Position numbers and translations under genes: made by a program. From assembly GCA_049287005.1 (NCBI GenBank), contig JBAQEZ010000003.1, positions 181,958-245,957 on the forward strand: a DNA stretch of 64,000 nucleotides, in the 5' to 3' direction. Under the pieces are notes generated by a model, which was not told the origin of the DNA, did no database searches, and saw only the letters and a program-made list of their open reading frames with translations. Positions 63,797-64,000 of this stretch are shown here, one piece after another. The stretch is from Candidatus Moraniibacteriota bacterium (GTDB lineage: Bacteria > Patescibacteriota > Minisyncoccia > Moranbacterales > UBA1568). Within the stretch, counting starts at the first letter, position 1, and each line of letters opens with the position of its first letter.

Positions 63797-64000
63797 ATGA
63801 AGAATCAATACCTCATTCCCATGGTGGTGGAAAAGACCAGCGCGGGCGAGCGGGCGTACGATATCTACTCGCGCCTGCTCAAGGATCGCATCATCTTCAT
63901 TGGTTCGCCGATCGATGATGGCGTGGCAAACGCTGTGATCGCGCAGCTCCTCTTTCTCGAATCGCAGAATGTGAAAGAGGACATCAAAATGTATATCAAC
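63797..64000 (+). CDS. clpP: ATP-dependent Clp protease proteolytic subunit; 3'-partial, running off the window end
   Basis: [53 protein letters not shown], matching the ClpP N-terminus. Confidence 0.85.
   Translation, partial: MKNQYLIPMVVEKTSAGERAYDIYSRLLKDRIIFIGSPIDDGVANAVIAQLLFLESQNVKEDIKMYIN

Noticed and set aside
1-64000. Search for CRISPR arrays, tRNA/rRNA genes, IS elements, integrases and phage genes
   Set aside because: I found no repeat-spacer periodicity, no tRNA-like T-loop/acceptor patterns in intergenic regions, and no transposase or integrase-like ORFs. The window appears to be core chromosome, plus a surface-protein and PKS-like accessory segment.

Overview
This 64 kb window is a gene-dense bacterial chromosomal segment of roughly 50% GC, almost entirely coding, with many overlapping or translationally coupled genes. 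I found no rRNA, tRNA, CRISPR array or obvious mobile element. The gene content suggests an uncultivated, small-genome, probably anaerobic lineage (possibly CPR/Patescibacteria-like), but lineage cannot be proven from sequence alone.

Recognisable housekeeping content:
- a complete Rrf2-regulated suf Fe-S assembly operon (rrf2-sufC-sufB-sufD-sufS-sufU), followed by a small ferredoxin and a DUF59/SufT-like gene
- a 2-oxoacid:ferredoxin oxidoreductase pair (korAB)
- xseA-xseB
- pyrC-pyrD, ddl, mnmA, mutY, dus, lgt
- the nusA, ppa, tig and clpP genes
- a MacB/FtsX-type ABC transporter, a P-type ATPase and an AI-2E transporter
- an extracytoplasmic thiol-redox cluster (MsrQ-like, Trx-membrane fusion, DsbA-like)
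- a cyclophilin lipoprotein, an S1 serine protease and a U32 peptidase with a companion mini-ferredoxin

Accessory-looking content:
- a giant Fn3-repeat surface protein, truncated at the window start
- two tandem GH73-like paralogs
- a large Cys-rich tandem-repeat secreted protein
- several anchored surface proteins
- an orphan histidine kinase translationally coupled to a HAD hydrolase

The most notable locus lies at about 40.5-50.7 kb. It looks like a compact iterative type I PKS / PUFA-synthase-like lipid system, made of:
- a divergently transcribed adenylating enzyme (FAAL/ACS-like) with an extra C-terminal domain
- a KS fused to a Cys-less KS-like (CLF-type) half
- an AT-ACP-KR-DH megaprotein
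- an Sfp-type PPTase
- an acyltransferase-3 membrane protein

This locus has no enoyl reductase and no thioesterase.

Regulatory signals seen directly in the sequence:
- a 17-bp perfect palindrome with a GACTAATTTAGTC core, upstream of the rrf2-suf operon; this is IscR-type-operator-like
- a consensus TTGACA-N17-TACAAT promoter with an attenuator-like hairpin and U tract in the nusA leader
- a palindrome in the xseA leader
- several clear rho-independent terminators
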